A stretch of DNA of 28,507 bases from Bacteriovoracaceae bacterium (GTDB taxonomy: Bacteria > Bdellovibrionota > Bacteriovoracia > Bacteriovoracales > Bacteriovoracaceae), in contig JBFGZE010000038.1 in NCBI GenBank assembly GCA_041586955.1, positions 1-28,507 of the forward strand, written 5' to 3'. This document shows, piece after piece, positions 1 to 7,989 of this stretch (its first letter is position 1; each line of letters begins with the position of its first letter). Below the pieces are notes generated by a model. The model was given only the letters and a program-made list of their open reading frames with translations, was not told the origin of the DNA and made no database searches. The translations under genes were made by a program, and so were the position numbers.

Positions 1-303
1 CCCGAAAACTCATCATTATTATCCTGCTATAAATGTAATAAAGAGATAAGCTTTACAAAAGATCATAAAATTGGTCGTCATGATGAATGCGACCACTGTG
101 GAGCATCGCTCCGTTGCTGTAAAATGTGCCACTTTTACGACCCTAAAAGCTATAATGAATGCAAAGAACCTATGGCCGAAAGGAATATTGAAAAAGAAAG
201 AGCTAATTTCTGTGATCATTATATGCTAAGGTCGACGAATGGCGACCAAACAAGTAAAGACGAATTATTGTCTGCTGCGGACGCATTATTTAAATTTAAC
301 TGA
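1..303 (+). CDS. Cys-rich (zinc-ribbon-like) hypothetical protein, 5'-truncated by the window edge
   Basis: Not in the ORF track. Frame 1 is open from base 1 to TGA at 301-303: PENSSLLSCYKCNKEISFTKDHKIGRHDECDHCGASLRCCKMCHFYDPKSYNECKEPMAERNIEKERANFCDHYMLRSTNGDQTSKDELLSAADALFKFN*. Nine Cys including three CxxC pairs; the stop overlaps the greA SD. Confidence 0.85.
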   Translation, partial: PENSSLLSCYKCNKEISFTKDHKIGRHDECDHCGASLRCCKMCHFYDPKSYNECKEPMAERNIEKERANFCDHYMLRSTNGDQTSKDELLSAADALFKFN

Positions 304-310
304 GGTTATT

Positions 311-787
311 ATGCAAAGAAGCAATCCTATTACGAAAGAAGGTTTTCAAAAAATTCAAGCTGAACTGGACCAATTAATCAAAGTGGAACGCGAAGAACTG
401 AAAGTCACCATCTCAGAAGCAAGAGAATTGGGTGACCTCAAGGAAAATGCAGAATATCATTCGGCAAAAGAAAAACAGGCACTTCTTGAAGGCCGTATCG
501 CTCAATTACAAAGCGTCGTCGCATCCTGTCAGGTAATCGACGTATCGCTCATCACTAATGATATTATTGTCTTCGGTGCGAGCGTTACCATTCTCGATAT
601 AGAAAAAGATTCAAGCGTTACCTACAAAATTGTAGGCGAAGAAGAATCAGACATGAAGCAAGGTAAAATTTCCTTTAATAGTCCTCTTGGTCAGGCGCTT
701 ATCGGAAAAGAAGAAGGAGACACGGTCATAGTGAAAGCCCCAAAAGGCGATCGAGAATATGAAATTGAATCCTTTGAGTATGTCTAA
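311..787 (+). CDS. greA: Transcription elongation factor GreA
   Basis: Motifs ITKEGF, ARELGDLKENAEYHSAKE, ISFNSPLGQALIGKEEGD. ATG at 311 follows SD GAGG (302-305) and gives 158 aa; the upstream start at 239 overlaps the previous gene. Confidence 0.97.
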   Translation: MQRSNPITKEGFQKIQAELDQLIKVEREELKVTISEARELGDLKENAEYHSAKEKQALLEGRIAQLQSVVASCQVIDVSLITNDIIVFGASVTILDIEKDSSVTYKIVGEEESDMKQGKISFNSPLGQALIGKEEGDTVIVKAPKGDREYEIESFEYV

Positions 788-2888
788 TTTAAATTGGCAC
801 TCTCCCCTTTCCTCCTTATTTAAAAGTAAAACAAAAACGGCAGCTTCGCTTGAAGCTGCTGGCATTCACAATTTAAACGACCTCATTTGGATTCTCCCTA
901 GAAATTGGAAAAAAGTCCCCTATATTTCTCCCTTTACCTCATTATCAAGTGATCAATTGTTTAAAGGCGCCGGTAAGATCATCTCTGTCAATGCTCAACC
1001 TTCCGGAAAAAAAATCAAGAATCGATTCTATCTAAAAAATATTGATGTCTATATTCAGGATAAGTTTAGCTCCCAAACGATAAAACTAAAGTGGTTCAAT
1101 TCCTATCCAGGCCTTTCTTCTCAACTAGAGTCTGCCTCTTATTTATCATTCACAGGCATAGCAAAGGTTTTTAACAGTCAATACCAAATAATAAACCCTG
1201 ACTTTATTGAGCTGAATAAAGAAAAGTACCAACAAATTAGCACTGGACAAAGTGGTCAATTCCAAACGATTGAGCCTGTCTACCCAACAATTAATAAAGT
1301 TAGTCCCCTTCATATTAAGAAAACGCTAGAAAAAATACCTCAATACCTCTGGGATAATATCCACGATCCCCTCCCTGAGAAATTTCTCTGTAAAAGAAAT
1401 ATGCTTAACCTTGGTGAGTCATTTAACATATTCCATGGGAAGTTCCCACCACAAGACTTTATGGCCAACAAGGAGCGAGCAAAAAAACGTCTTATTTATC
1501 AAGAGTTTCTGCACGACCATATTAAATGTCATTTGAGAAAACAGAGTTATGAAAAATACCAGGCCCCAACCATCCCTAATAATATTTCTCTCGAAGAAAT
1601 TACCCCTCTTTTTTCTTACCAACTAACAACAGACCAAAAAAGTGCCATCATAGAGATTTTAAAAGATATGAGTGCTGCTACCCCTATGATGAGGCTCGTT
1701 CAGGGTGATGTCGGCTGTGGGAAAACATCTCTTGCTATCGCTGCTGCTTACTCTCTCGGTAAAAATGGGTTCCAAACGGCCATCATGTGTCCAACTGAAT
1801 CGCTGGCACTCCAACATTTCTTGACCTTTAAAGAGGTATTTAAAGATAAGGGTTTGCGAGTTGAATTATTAAGAGGAAGTAATAAAAAAAGCGAAAAACA
1901 AATTATTTATAACGAACTGGTATCAGGTAATATTGATATCATCATTGGAACCCATTCTTTAATACAGGATGGAGTTAAGTTTAAAAATCTAGGACTGGCC
2001 ATCATTGATGAACAACATAAATTTGGAGTTCAGCAACGATTGCGTTTAATTGAGAAATCGGGAGGTTGTCATTGCCTTATCATGACAGCAACACCTATTC
2101 CCAGATCCTTGAGTCTAACTCAATATGGAGACCTTAATATTACCACCATTAAATCGATTCCATCCAACCGCAAAGGAACTAAGACAAAAATCGTCACTCA
2201 AGATACCTTTGGCCCTTTCCTTAATTTTTTGAATACCAGGCTATCGATGGGAGAGCAGGCCTATATCGTCGCTCCCGCAATTGAAGATAATCCTGAAGTC
2301 GATATGCTTAACATTAACAAAGTTGAAGATCGATTTAGACACTTTTTTCCTTATCAAAGAATAAAAACTCTGCATGGGAAGATTCCATCAAATGAAAAAA
2401 ATGATATCTTTCTTCAATTTAAAAGGAGAGAAATAGATATTCTCATCTCAACCAGTGTAATTGAGGTTGGAATTAATGTACCCAATTCAACAATCATGGC
2501 GATTATGGGCCCAGAAAGATTCGGCCTTAGTTCTCTCCATCAATTAAGAGGCCGTGTCGGTCGTGGAGAAAAACCAGGTTTTTGCTTTCTTGTCATCGAT
2601 AAACAACTCTCTAAATCCAGTCTACAGCGCCTCGAAATATTAGAAACAACAAAAGATGGTTTTAAAATTGCTGAAGAAGATCTGCTTATACGGGGAGAAG
2701 GTGATTTATTTGGTACTAACCAATCAGGCAAGGACAGACCTCATATTCTTGCCAATATCATAAGCGATTATATCACTTTAGAGGAGTCTCGATCAGATTT
2801 AGAGCAAATGCTAAACGATAACCTAATCGACCTTGAGGAAAATTTTTCCCACCTCATTAATAAAAATGAAGTCACAATCACTATTTAA
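780..2888 (+). CDS. recG: ATP-dependent DNA helicase RecG
   Basis: SF2 motifs QGDVGCGKT, IIDEQHKFG, MTATPIPRSL, QLRGRVGRG; TRG motif DGFKIAEEDLLIRGEGDLFGTNQSG; N-terminal wedge region. ATG 780 overlaps the greA stop (alternative start 759). Confidence 0.95.
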   Translation: MSNLNWHSPLSSLFKSKTKTAASLEAAGIHNLNDLIWILPRNWKKVPYISPFTSLSSDQLFKGAGKIISVNAQPSGKKIKNRFYLKNIDVYIQDKFSSQTIKLKWFNSYPGLSSQLESASYLSFTGIAKVFNSQYQIINPDFIELNKEKYQQISTGQSGQFQTIEPVYPTINKVSPLHIKKTLEKIPQYLWDNIHDPLPEKFLCKRNMLNLGESFNIFHGKFPPQDFMANKERAKKRLIYQEFLHDHIKCHLRKQSYEKYQAPTIPNNISLEEITPLFSYQLTTDQKSAIIEILKDMSAATPMMRLVQGDVGCGKTSLAIAAAYSLGKNGFQTAIMCPTESLALQHFLTFKEVFKDKGLRVELLRGSNKKSEKQIIYNELVSGNIDIIIGTHSLIQDGVKFKNLGLAIIDEQHKFGVQQRLRLIEKSGGCHCLIMTATPIPRSLSLTQYGDLNITTIKSIPSNRKGTKTKIVTQDTFGPFLNFLNTRLSMGEQAYIVAPAIEDNPEVDMLNINKVEDRFRHFFPYQRIKTLHGKIPSNEKNDIFLQFKRREIDILISTSVIEVGINVPNSTIMAIMGPERFGLSSLHQLRGRVGRGEKPGFCFLVIDKQLSKSSLQRLEILETTKDGFKIAEEDLLIRGEGDLFGTNQSGKDRPHILANIISDYITLEESRSDLEQMLNDNLIDLEENFSHLINKNEVTITI

Positions 2889-2918
2889 TTTTATCTCAAC
2901 ACGACGTACAATAGGTTT

Positions 2919-3341
2919 ATGATATCTATACGAATAGACCATTCTAGCGATCCTTTAGCAATTGGCACATTTATATTTCAATTCAATCGATTGTCTATTG
3001 GAAGTCGTGAAGATTCTCTCTTTAGAATAAGAGATAAATCCCTTAATCCTATTCATATCAATATTGAAGTTAATAATAAAAATATCTTAACAGTTCATAA
3101 TATGAATCAATCTTTTTTTTCCATAAATGGTAAAAAATCCAATGGTAAATACCCGATTCAAAAGGATGATGAAATAAGCTTCGGTGACAATAAAATAACC
3201 ATTCAAGATTTTTCCTTTGATCAAAATGATTTATCCAGAGACCCAATTGCTGAGGTCTTAGAGAATTTTCCAGAAAGAAAAGACATACTACTTAAACTTG
3301 AACAAACTCTCCTAGAAATCGAATATGAAATCAATCGATAA
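2919..3341 (+). CDS. FHA-like domain protein with degenerate phosphothreonine-binding motifs
   Basis: Pattern LSIGSRE..L.I.D..L.PIH..I....ING......I..DDEISFGDNKI matches FHA topology; short helical C-terminus. Confidence 0.65.
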   Translation: MISIRIDHSSDPLAIGTFIFQFNRLSIGSREDSLFRIRDKSLNPIHINIEVNNKNILTVHNMNQSFFSINGKKSNGKYPIQKDDEISFGDNKITIQDFSFDQNDLSRDPIAEVLENFPERKDILLKLEQTLLEIEYEINR

Positions 3342-4221
3342 TATTTTAAATTATTCACTTTTCAAAAAAGATGATCGCCCGGCCATAAGTTATGGCATAA
3401 ACTTTGAGCGTAACAATATTAAACATTTTAAAAGGCCATTACTTATTTTCAATTATGGCCTCGTCTGTAATGTAAACCATTGGAAATATCAGATCCCCTT
3501 TTTTCATGAAAAGGGATTTCCTATACTTGTCCATGATTACCGCTTTCACTTTGAATCTGAAGGAACAGCAGACCTTAAAGACTGTAATTTTGTCGAAATG
3601 AGTCATGATATCGATGGATTATTAAAGCATCTCAATTTTAAAGATGCGATTCACCTAGGTCACAGTATGGGTGTTAATGTAACCCTCGAGTACGCAAGGT
3701 TATACCCTAAAAATATTTCAAAGATGGTATTGATCTCAGGAACAGTACTTCCCCCACACGAGATTATGTTTGATACTAATATTGTTGATTTAGTTTCACC
3801 TTTTATTGTCAACTTCGAAAAGAGTTACCAGCAGATTTTTAAATTTATATGGAAAAATACCTATAAAAACCCCGTTGCACGATATTTTGTAAGAAGTGGT
3901 GGGTTTAATATGAAAAAAACCTCTGATGAGTTTGTTAAAGTTTATATGCAAAAGATCAGCGAGCTTCCGCAAAAGCTTTTTTTCCACCTGATGGAAGAGA
4001 TGAAAAATCATAACATTGGTTCGTCCCTCGAGACAATGAAAACTCCGGCACTTGTAATGGGAGGGGATAAGGATAAAGTGATTCCAAATCACACTCAACA
4101 ATTTCTAATCGAACTTTTACCCAATTGCCAATTTTATCTCATTAAAGATGGCTCTCACGTACCACAAGTCGATTTTCCCGATACTATCAACGAAAAGATT
4201 TTATCATTCATAGACGGTTAG
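3325..4221 (+). CDS. Alpha/beta fold hydrolase
   Basis: Nucleophile elbow GHSMG, DYRFHFES strand, acid in GGDKDKVIP, His in GSHVPQVD. Overlaps the FHA-like gene by 17 nt. Confidence 0.92.
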   Translation: MKSIDNILNYSLFKKDDRPAISYGINFERNNIKHFKRPLLIFNYGLVCNVNHWKYQIPFFHEKGFPILVHDYRFHFESEGTADLKDCNFVEMSHDIDGLLKHLNFKDAIHLGHSMGVNVTLEYARLYPKNISKMVLISGTVLPPHEIMFDTNIVDLVSPFIVNFEKSYQQIFKFIWKNTYKNPVARYFVRSGGFNMKKTSDEFVKVYMQKISELPQKLFFHLMEEMKNHNIGSSLETMKTPALVMGGDKDKVIPNHTQQFLIELLPNCQFYLIKDGSHVPQVDFPDTINEKILSFIDG

Positions 4222-5458
4222 TATCTATATTTTTGGCCTCCAATAAAGGCCGAAAGACTCTCAACATTGCTGCCTTGACCTGAGATCTTTTATACTCAGC
4301 ATGAGAAGCTTCGCCCTCGGTATTTATTTGATGGCCCATTTGATCGACAATCTGTACCTCATATGGATAGAAAAATCTTATATTCTTAGACAAAATTGAG
4401 TAATCAATATTTAATACTTTTTGAGCAAAAGCAGACTCATCTTTTAATGTTTTTGCTTCTTCTCTCAATTCTTTAAACTCTTTAAAAAATGGATTTTGAA
4501 ATTTGATTAATTGGCGACAGGTGAATTGTAACGATTGGTAGCCCTTCGAAGAATGAATATTCTTTGCATCTCCATCTGAAATGGGACAGTCTAATAGTTC
4601 ACGATTGGCGGCCTGTAAAAAACGCTCTCTCGACAAGTCATTTCGCAAGGCCATTTTGATTAGTTTTCCATATTTAGGTCTAAACTTTTCAAGGTCAAAA
4701 AGATTATTAATAGAGCGACTCGGTTTTATATTATGAGGAATGATAACATTTTCTTCTAAGAGAAATTTCATGACTCTTAAAGTATCAATCCTATTTTCAG
4801 TAATAATTCGAATCCCCACTCTGTCAAAAAGCTCCTCTGCGACATTCTCTGCCTTATGTAATAACTTAATAATGACACTGTCTCGTGATTTTTTAGATTT
4901 CGTTTCAAAATCAACTAAAGGAATCCCCTGATCATCCCGTTTCTTACCAAGAAAAAGCTTTTGATCACTATCGCGATGAATATACTTATAATAACGATCA
5001 AATATCTGGGTCTGTGTCGCACTGAAATAATTTGACCGAATATCCTTATCGATATGCAGCACTGTATGCATCACTTTTAGAATAACTTCGGCCCATAAAA
5101 CATTTTCATCGTCTCCCCCATCTTTTCTTTCGGTAGCGAGTAGAAAAAGATCACTCACATCAGTGATCATAAATATTCTATTAGGAATTTTTAAATCGAG
5201 GCCATCGGGATTTCCCTCTTTTAGAAAATACCGCTTAATAAACTGTAAGGCCTCTTGAAAATTTCCGAAAAGCTCTGCTTGGCTGATCGGGTCCTTAGGA
5301 TTGATCCCATAGCCCTCCAAAAATCGGTGGACCTCAGTCATATCTTTAACTGTGGTTAAAAAAAACTTTGAATCCAGGGCCGACTTACCTCCAATGATGA
5401 CATTCATTAAGTCCCAGTCGAACAACAAGCTTTGTAGATAATTAGGTCTATTTTCCAT
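4208..5458 (-). CDS. TIGR04552/TIGR04562-like protein with RelA/SpoT synthetase-type nucleotidyltransferase motifs
   Basis: 416 aa; KSRDSVIIK, DRVGIRII, GYQSLQF, YEVQIVD and ASHAEYK occur in RSH order. The family name is from memory of Myxococcota/Bdellovibrionota proteins, not from a search. Confidence 0.75.
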   Translation of the reverse strand: MENRPNYLQSLLFDWDLMNVIIGGKSALDSKFFLTTVKDMTEVHRFLEGYGINPKDPISQAELFGNFQEALQFIKRYFLKEGNPDGLDLKIPNRIFMITDVSDLFLLATERKDGGDDENVLWAEVILKVMHTVLHIDKDIRSNYFSATQTQIFDRYYKYIHRDSDQKLFLGKKRDDQGIPLVDFETKSKKSRDSVIIKLLHKAENVAEELFDRVGIRIITENRIDTLRVMKFLLEENVIIPHNIKPSRSINNLFDLEKFRPKYGKLIKMALRNDLSRERFLQAANRELLDCPISDGDAKNIHSSKGYQSLQFTCRQLIKFQNPFFKEFKELREEAKTLKDESAFAQKVLNIDYSILSKNIRFFYPYEVQIVDQMGHQINTEGEASHAEYKRSQVKAAMLRVFRPLLEAKNIDTNRL

Positions 5459-5475
5459 ATATTTTCATGCTATAT

Positions 5476-5528
5476 TTGAGTAATGTTTATATCTAGGCCA
5501 TTATAGCGAGCAACTATGAAAGAGGAAA
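5476..5528. promoter_or_regulatory. Overlapping divergent sigma70-type promoter candidates (pgpA on +, TIGR04552-like gene on -)
   Basis: + strand TTGAGT(5476-81)-N17-CATTAT(5499-5504); - strand TTTCCT(5528-23)-N17-TATAAT(5505-00); the two starts are only 57 bp apart. Confidence 0.4.
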
Positions 5529-6004
5529 ATGCACCAAGTCTAAAAAAACCCATTGTTTTTTTTCTATCTTTTTTCGGTTCTGGCCTAATGCCTATTGCGC
5601 CTGGAACTTGGGGTAGCCTTCTCGCCACAATAACGTTAATCCCGCTAGAATTGTTGAGTATTCCCTGGGTTTTACTAATGCCCTTCACCATTATTCTAGT
5701 TGCTGCATCATCATTTCTGATCGATATGTTTCAAAAGGAAGAAGGCATTCATGATCCAGGCTGGATTGTGATCGATGAAGTTGTTGGTATTTATCTTACA
5801 TGGATGATCTGTCCCAAATTCGAACCATACTTGACGCTTGTACTCACTTTTTTATTTTTCCGGCTTTTTGACATTATAAAGCCTTGGCCTATTAAACTCT
5901 TTGATCAAAAAATTCACAATGGCTTCGGAGTGATGATCGATGACGTGGCCGCTGCCCTTTATGCCGGCGCATCGTGTCAAGCCTGCGCTTATCTTTTTCT
6001 GTAG
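5516..6004 (+). CDS. pgpA: Phosphatidylglycerophosphatase A
   Basis: FFGSGLMPIAPGTWGS, HDPGWIVIDEVVG, FRLFDIIKPWPI, GFGVMIDDVAAA; hydrophobic; typical position upstream of recA. Confidence 0.95.
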   Translation: MKEENAPSLKKPIVFFLSFFGSGLMPIAPGTWGSLLATITLIPLELLSIPWVLLMPFTIILVAASSFLIDMFQKEEGIHDPGWIVIDEVVGIYLTWMICPKFEPYLTLVLTFLFFRLFDIIKPWPIKLFDQKIHNGFGVMIDDVAAALYAGASCQACAYLFL

Positions 6005-6012
6005 ATTCTTCC

Positions 6013-6051
6013 TTGACTTACGCATCACTTACGCTAAAACTATGTATACAT
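6013..6051 (+). promoter_or_regulatory. Candidate recA promoter with an internal direct repeat and a palindrome
   Basis: TTGACT(6013-18)-N16-TAAAAC(6035-40); ACTTACGC repeated at 6016 and 6027; palindrome ATGTATACAT at 6042-6051. Confidence 0.45.
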
Positions 6052-6216
6052 TCGGGGAAAAGATTTTAAACGACCAAAATCTAGCTAAACAAATTTGAAC
6101 ACTTGAATATTACTTAGATTTCCCATTTTTGTATATTATTTGAATGCAAGTTTAGATTTCCCAATGCTAAGTTTAATGAACCATAAGGAATATGGACTAT
6201 AAAGGAGAGATTAATC

Positions 6217-7338
6217 ATGGCCGTTTCTAAATCATCACAACAAGACAATAAGGATAAAGCACTCGACTTGGCCTTGGCCTCTATTGAAAAGCAATTTGGT
6301 AAAGGCGCCATCATGAAACTCGATGGACAGCAACAAGCAGAGAAAGTCCCTGCAATCCCCACTGGTTGCCTCAGCCTAGACCTTGCCCTTGGCATTGGTG
6401 GTATTCCAAAAGGACGTATCATTGAAATTTATGGCCCTGAATCTTCCGGTAAAACGACTCTCACTCTCCACATTGCGGCCGAATGTCAAAAACAAGGTGG
6501 TACAGTCGCCTTCGTTGATGCGGAACATGCCCTCGATACTAATTACGCGGAAAAGCTTGGCGTTGACGTTCCTAATACATTAATCTCCCAACCCGACAGT
6601 GGAGAACAAGCATTAGAAATCACAGATATGCTTGTCCGCTCCGGTGCCGTTGACCTTCTTATTATCGACTCCGTTGCTGCACTAACACCTAGAGCAGAAC
6701 TTGAAGGTAATATGGGCGATAGCCATATGGGGTTACAAGCTCGCCTTATGTCCCAGGCCCTTCGTAAATTGACAGGCTCCATTTCCCGCTCCAATACGAC
6801 TGTTATTTTCATTAACCAACTTCGTATGAAGATTGGAGTTATGTTTGGCAACCCTGAGACAACAACTGGTGGAAATGCCCTTAAATTTTATTCCTCAGTT
6901 CGTTTAGACATTAGAAAAGCTGGTGCCATTAAAGATGGTGATCAATACATTGGTAACAGAACCAAGATTAAGGTTGTAAAGAACAAAGTCGCCCCTCCCT
7001 TTAAAGTCATTGAATTTGATATCATGTTTGGCGAGGGAATTTCTAAGAATGGTGTTATTCTTGATCTCGCTGTCGACCAGGGTATTGTTGAAAAGGCCGG
7101 AGCTTGGTTCTCCTATAATAATGGCAAAATTGGTCAGGGTAGAGAAAATTCAAAAAGATTCCTCACTGAAAACCCTGATATTCTTGAGGAAATTAAAAAT
7201 AAAATTCTTGCAAAAAATGGACTTATTGCAGATCCTGACACAAATTTTGACCCTCAAACAGGTGAAGTTATTGAAGAAGTTGTAGCACCTGTTGCGAAAA
7301 AAGCAGCCGGTAAAAAAAGTAAAAAGACCCTACAATAG
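6217..7338 (+). CDS. recA: Recombinase RecA
   Basis: [72 protein letters not shown]. Confidence 0.99.
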   Translation: MAVSKSSQQDNKDKALDLALASIEKQFGKGAIMKLDGQQQAEKVPAIPTGCLSLDLALGIGGIPKGRIIEIYGPESSGKTTLTLHIAAECQKQGGTVAFVDAEHALDTNYAEKLGVDVPNTLISQPDSGEQALEITDMLVRSGAVDLLIIDSVAALTPRAELEGNMGDSHMGLQARLMSQALRKLTGSISRSNTTVIFINQLRMKIGVMFGNPETTTGGNALKFYSSVRLDIRKAGAIKDGDQYIGNRTKIKVVKNKVAPPFKVIEFDIMFGEGISKNGVILDLAVDQGIVEKAGAWFSYNNGKIGQGRENSKRFLTENPDILEEIKNKILAKNGLIADPDTNFDPQTGEVIEEVVAPVAKKAAGKKSKKTLQ

Positions 7339-7347
7339 CTTAATAAT

Positions 7348-7391
7348 ATAGGGGAGGATTCTGCTGAATAACAGATTCCTCCTATTTTTTT
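7348..7391 (+). terminator. Intrinsic terminator/attenuator between recA and recX
   Basis: GGAGGATTCTG-ctgaataa-CAGATTCCTCC stem with one mismatch, followed by a T-tract ending at the recX ATG. Confidence 0.7.
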
Positions 7392-7865
7392 ATGCACGAA
7401 AACACAAAAACTTATCAATTGGCCGTTAAGCTACTTGCAAAGAAAAGCTATTCCCAATTTAAACTCAGAGAAAAACTGTTTTCTCATGACTGCCCTGAAG
7501 CTGAAACAGATGCTGTTATCGAATATCTTATCAATAAGCGCTGGCTACGAGAGGATTTCTATATCGAAGCACGTGTCAAAGGCCTAATGCTCAAGGGTTA
7601 TCATCCTCGCTATATCCAGAGTAAATTGGCCGAAGAGCATGTTTCTATCGATCAAGAGTACATTCTCACTATATTTTCTGACTATGACCTATCATTGGAC
7701 CAATTAATCCGTGATCTGATCGAAAAGAAAACGCGCCACCTTACAGATAATGATCTGGATAGCGAAGAAAAGCGTCTTAAAACTCGCCATAAACTTATCC
7801 GATACCTTATGAGCAAAGGCTACCATGACACAGAGTGTCTCGATATCATTCAGGAGCGATTTTAA
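7392..7865 (+). CDS. recX: Regulatory protein RecX
   Basis: AVKLLAKKSYSQFKLREKL, VIEYLINKRWLRE, KGYHPRYIQSKL, KLIRYLMSKGY three-helix repeats; directly downstream of recA. Confidence 0.88.
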   Translation: MHENTKTYQLAVKLLAKKSYSQFKLREKLFSHDCPEAETDAVIEYLINKRWLREDFYIEARVKGLMLKGYHPRYIQSKLAEEHVSIDQEYILTIFSDYDLSLDQLIRDLIEKKTRHLTDNDLDSEEKRLKTRHKLIRYLMSKGYHDTECLDIIQERF

Positions 7866-7989
7866 GTCGTATTTCCCTCCCCTAAAAATTTAAAAGCTGT
7901 TGAAGGTATGATAGATTAGCGCTGTTACACAGACCGTGGTTTCCCCCCAGTAGGGCAAGGACCCTTAAATGTATTAAGGCAGGCAAAAA

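Noticed and set aside
19..219. 66-aa - strand ORF
   Set aside because: Shadow of the Cys-rich + strand gene.
239..310. N-terminal extension of GreA in the ORF track
   Set aside because: Overlaps the upstream gene; ATG 311 has an SD and gives the canonical length.
6114..7285. Several short alternative-frame and antisense ORFs within recA (and similar ones in recG, alaS, the SBP gene, lon, the Omp85 gene and tamB)
   Set aside because: Fully overlap strongly conserved genes, with no motifs or independent evidence of coding.
7866..7989. Possible T-box or structured leader upstream of alaS
   Set aside because: Too short, with no T-box consensus and no terminator hairpin.
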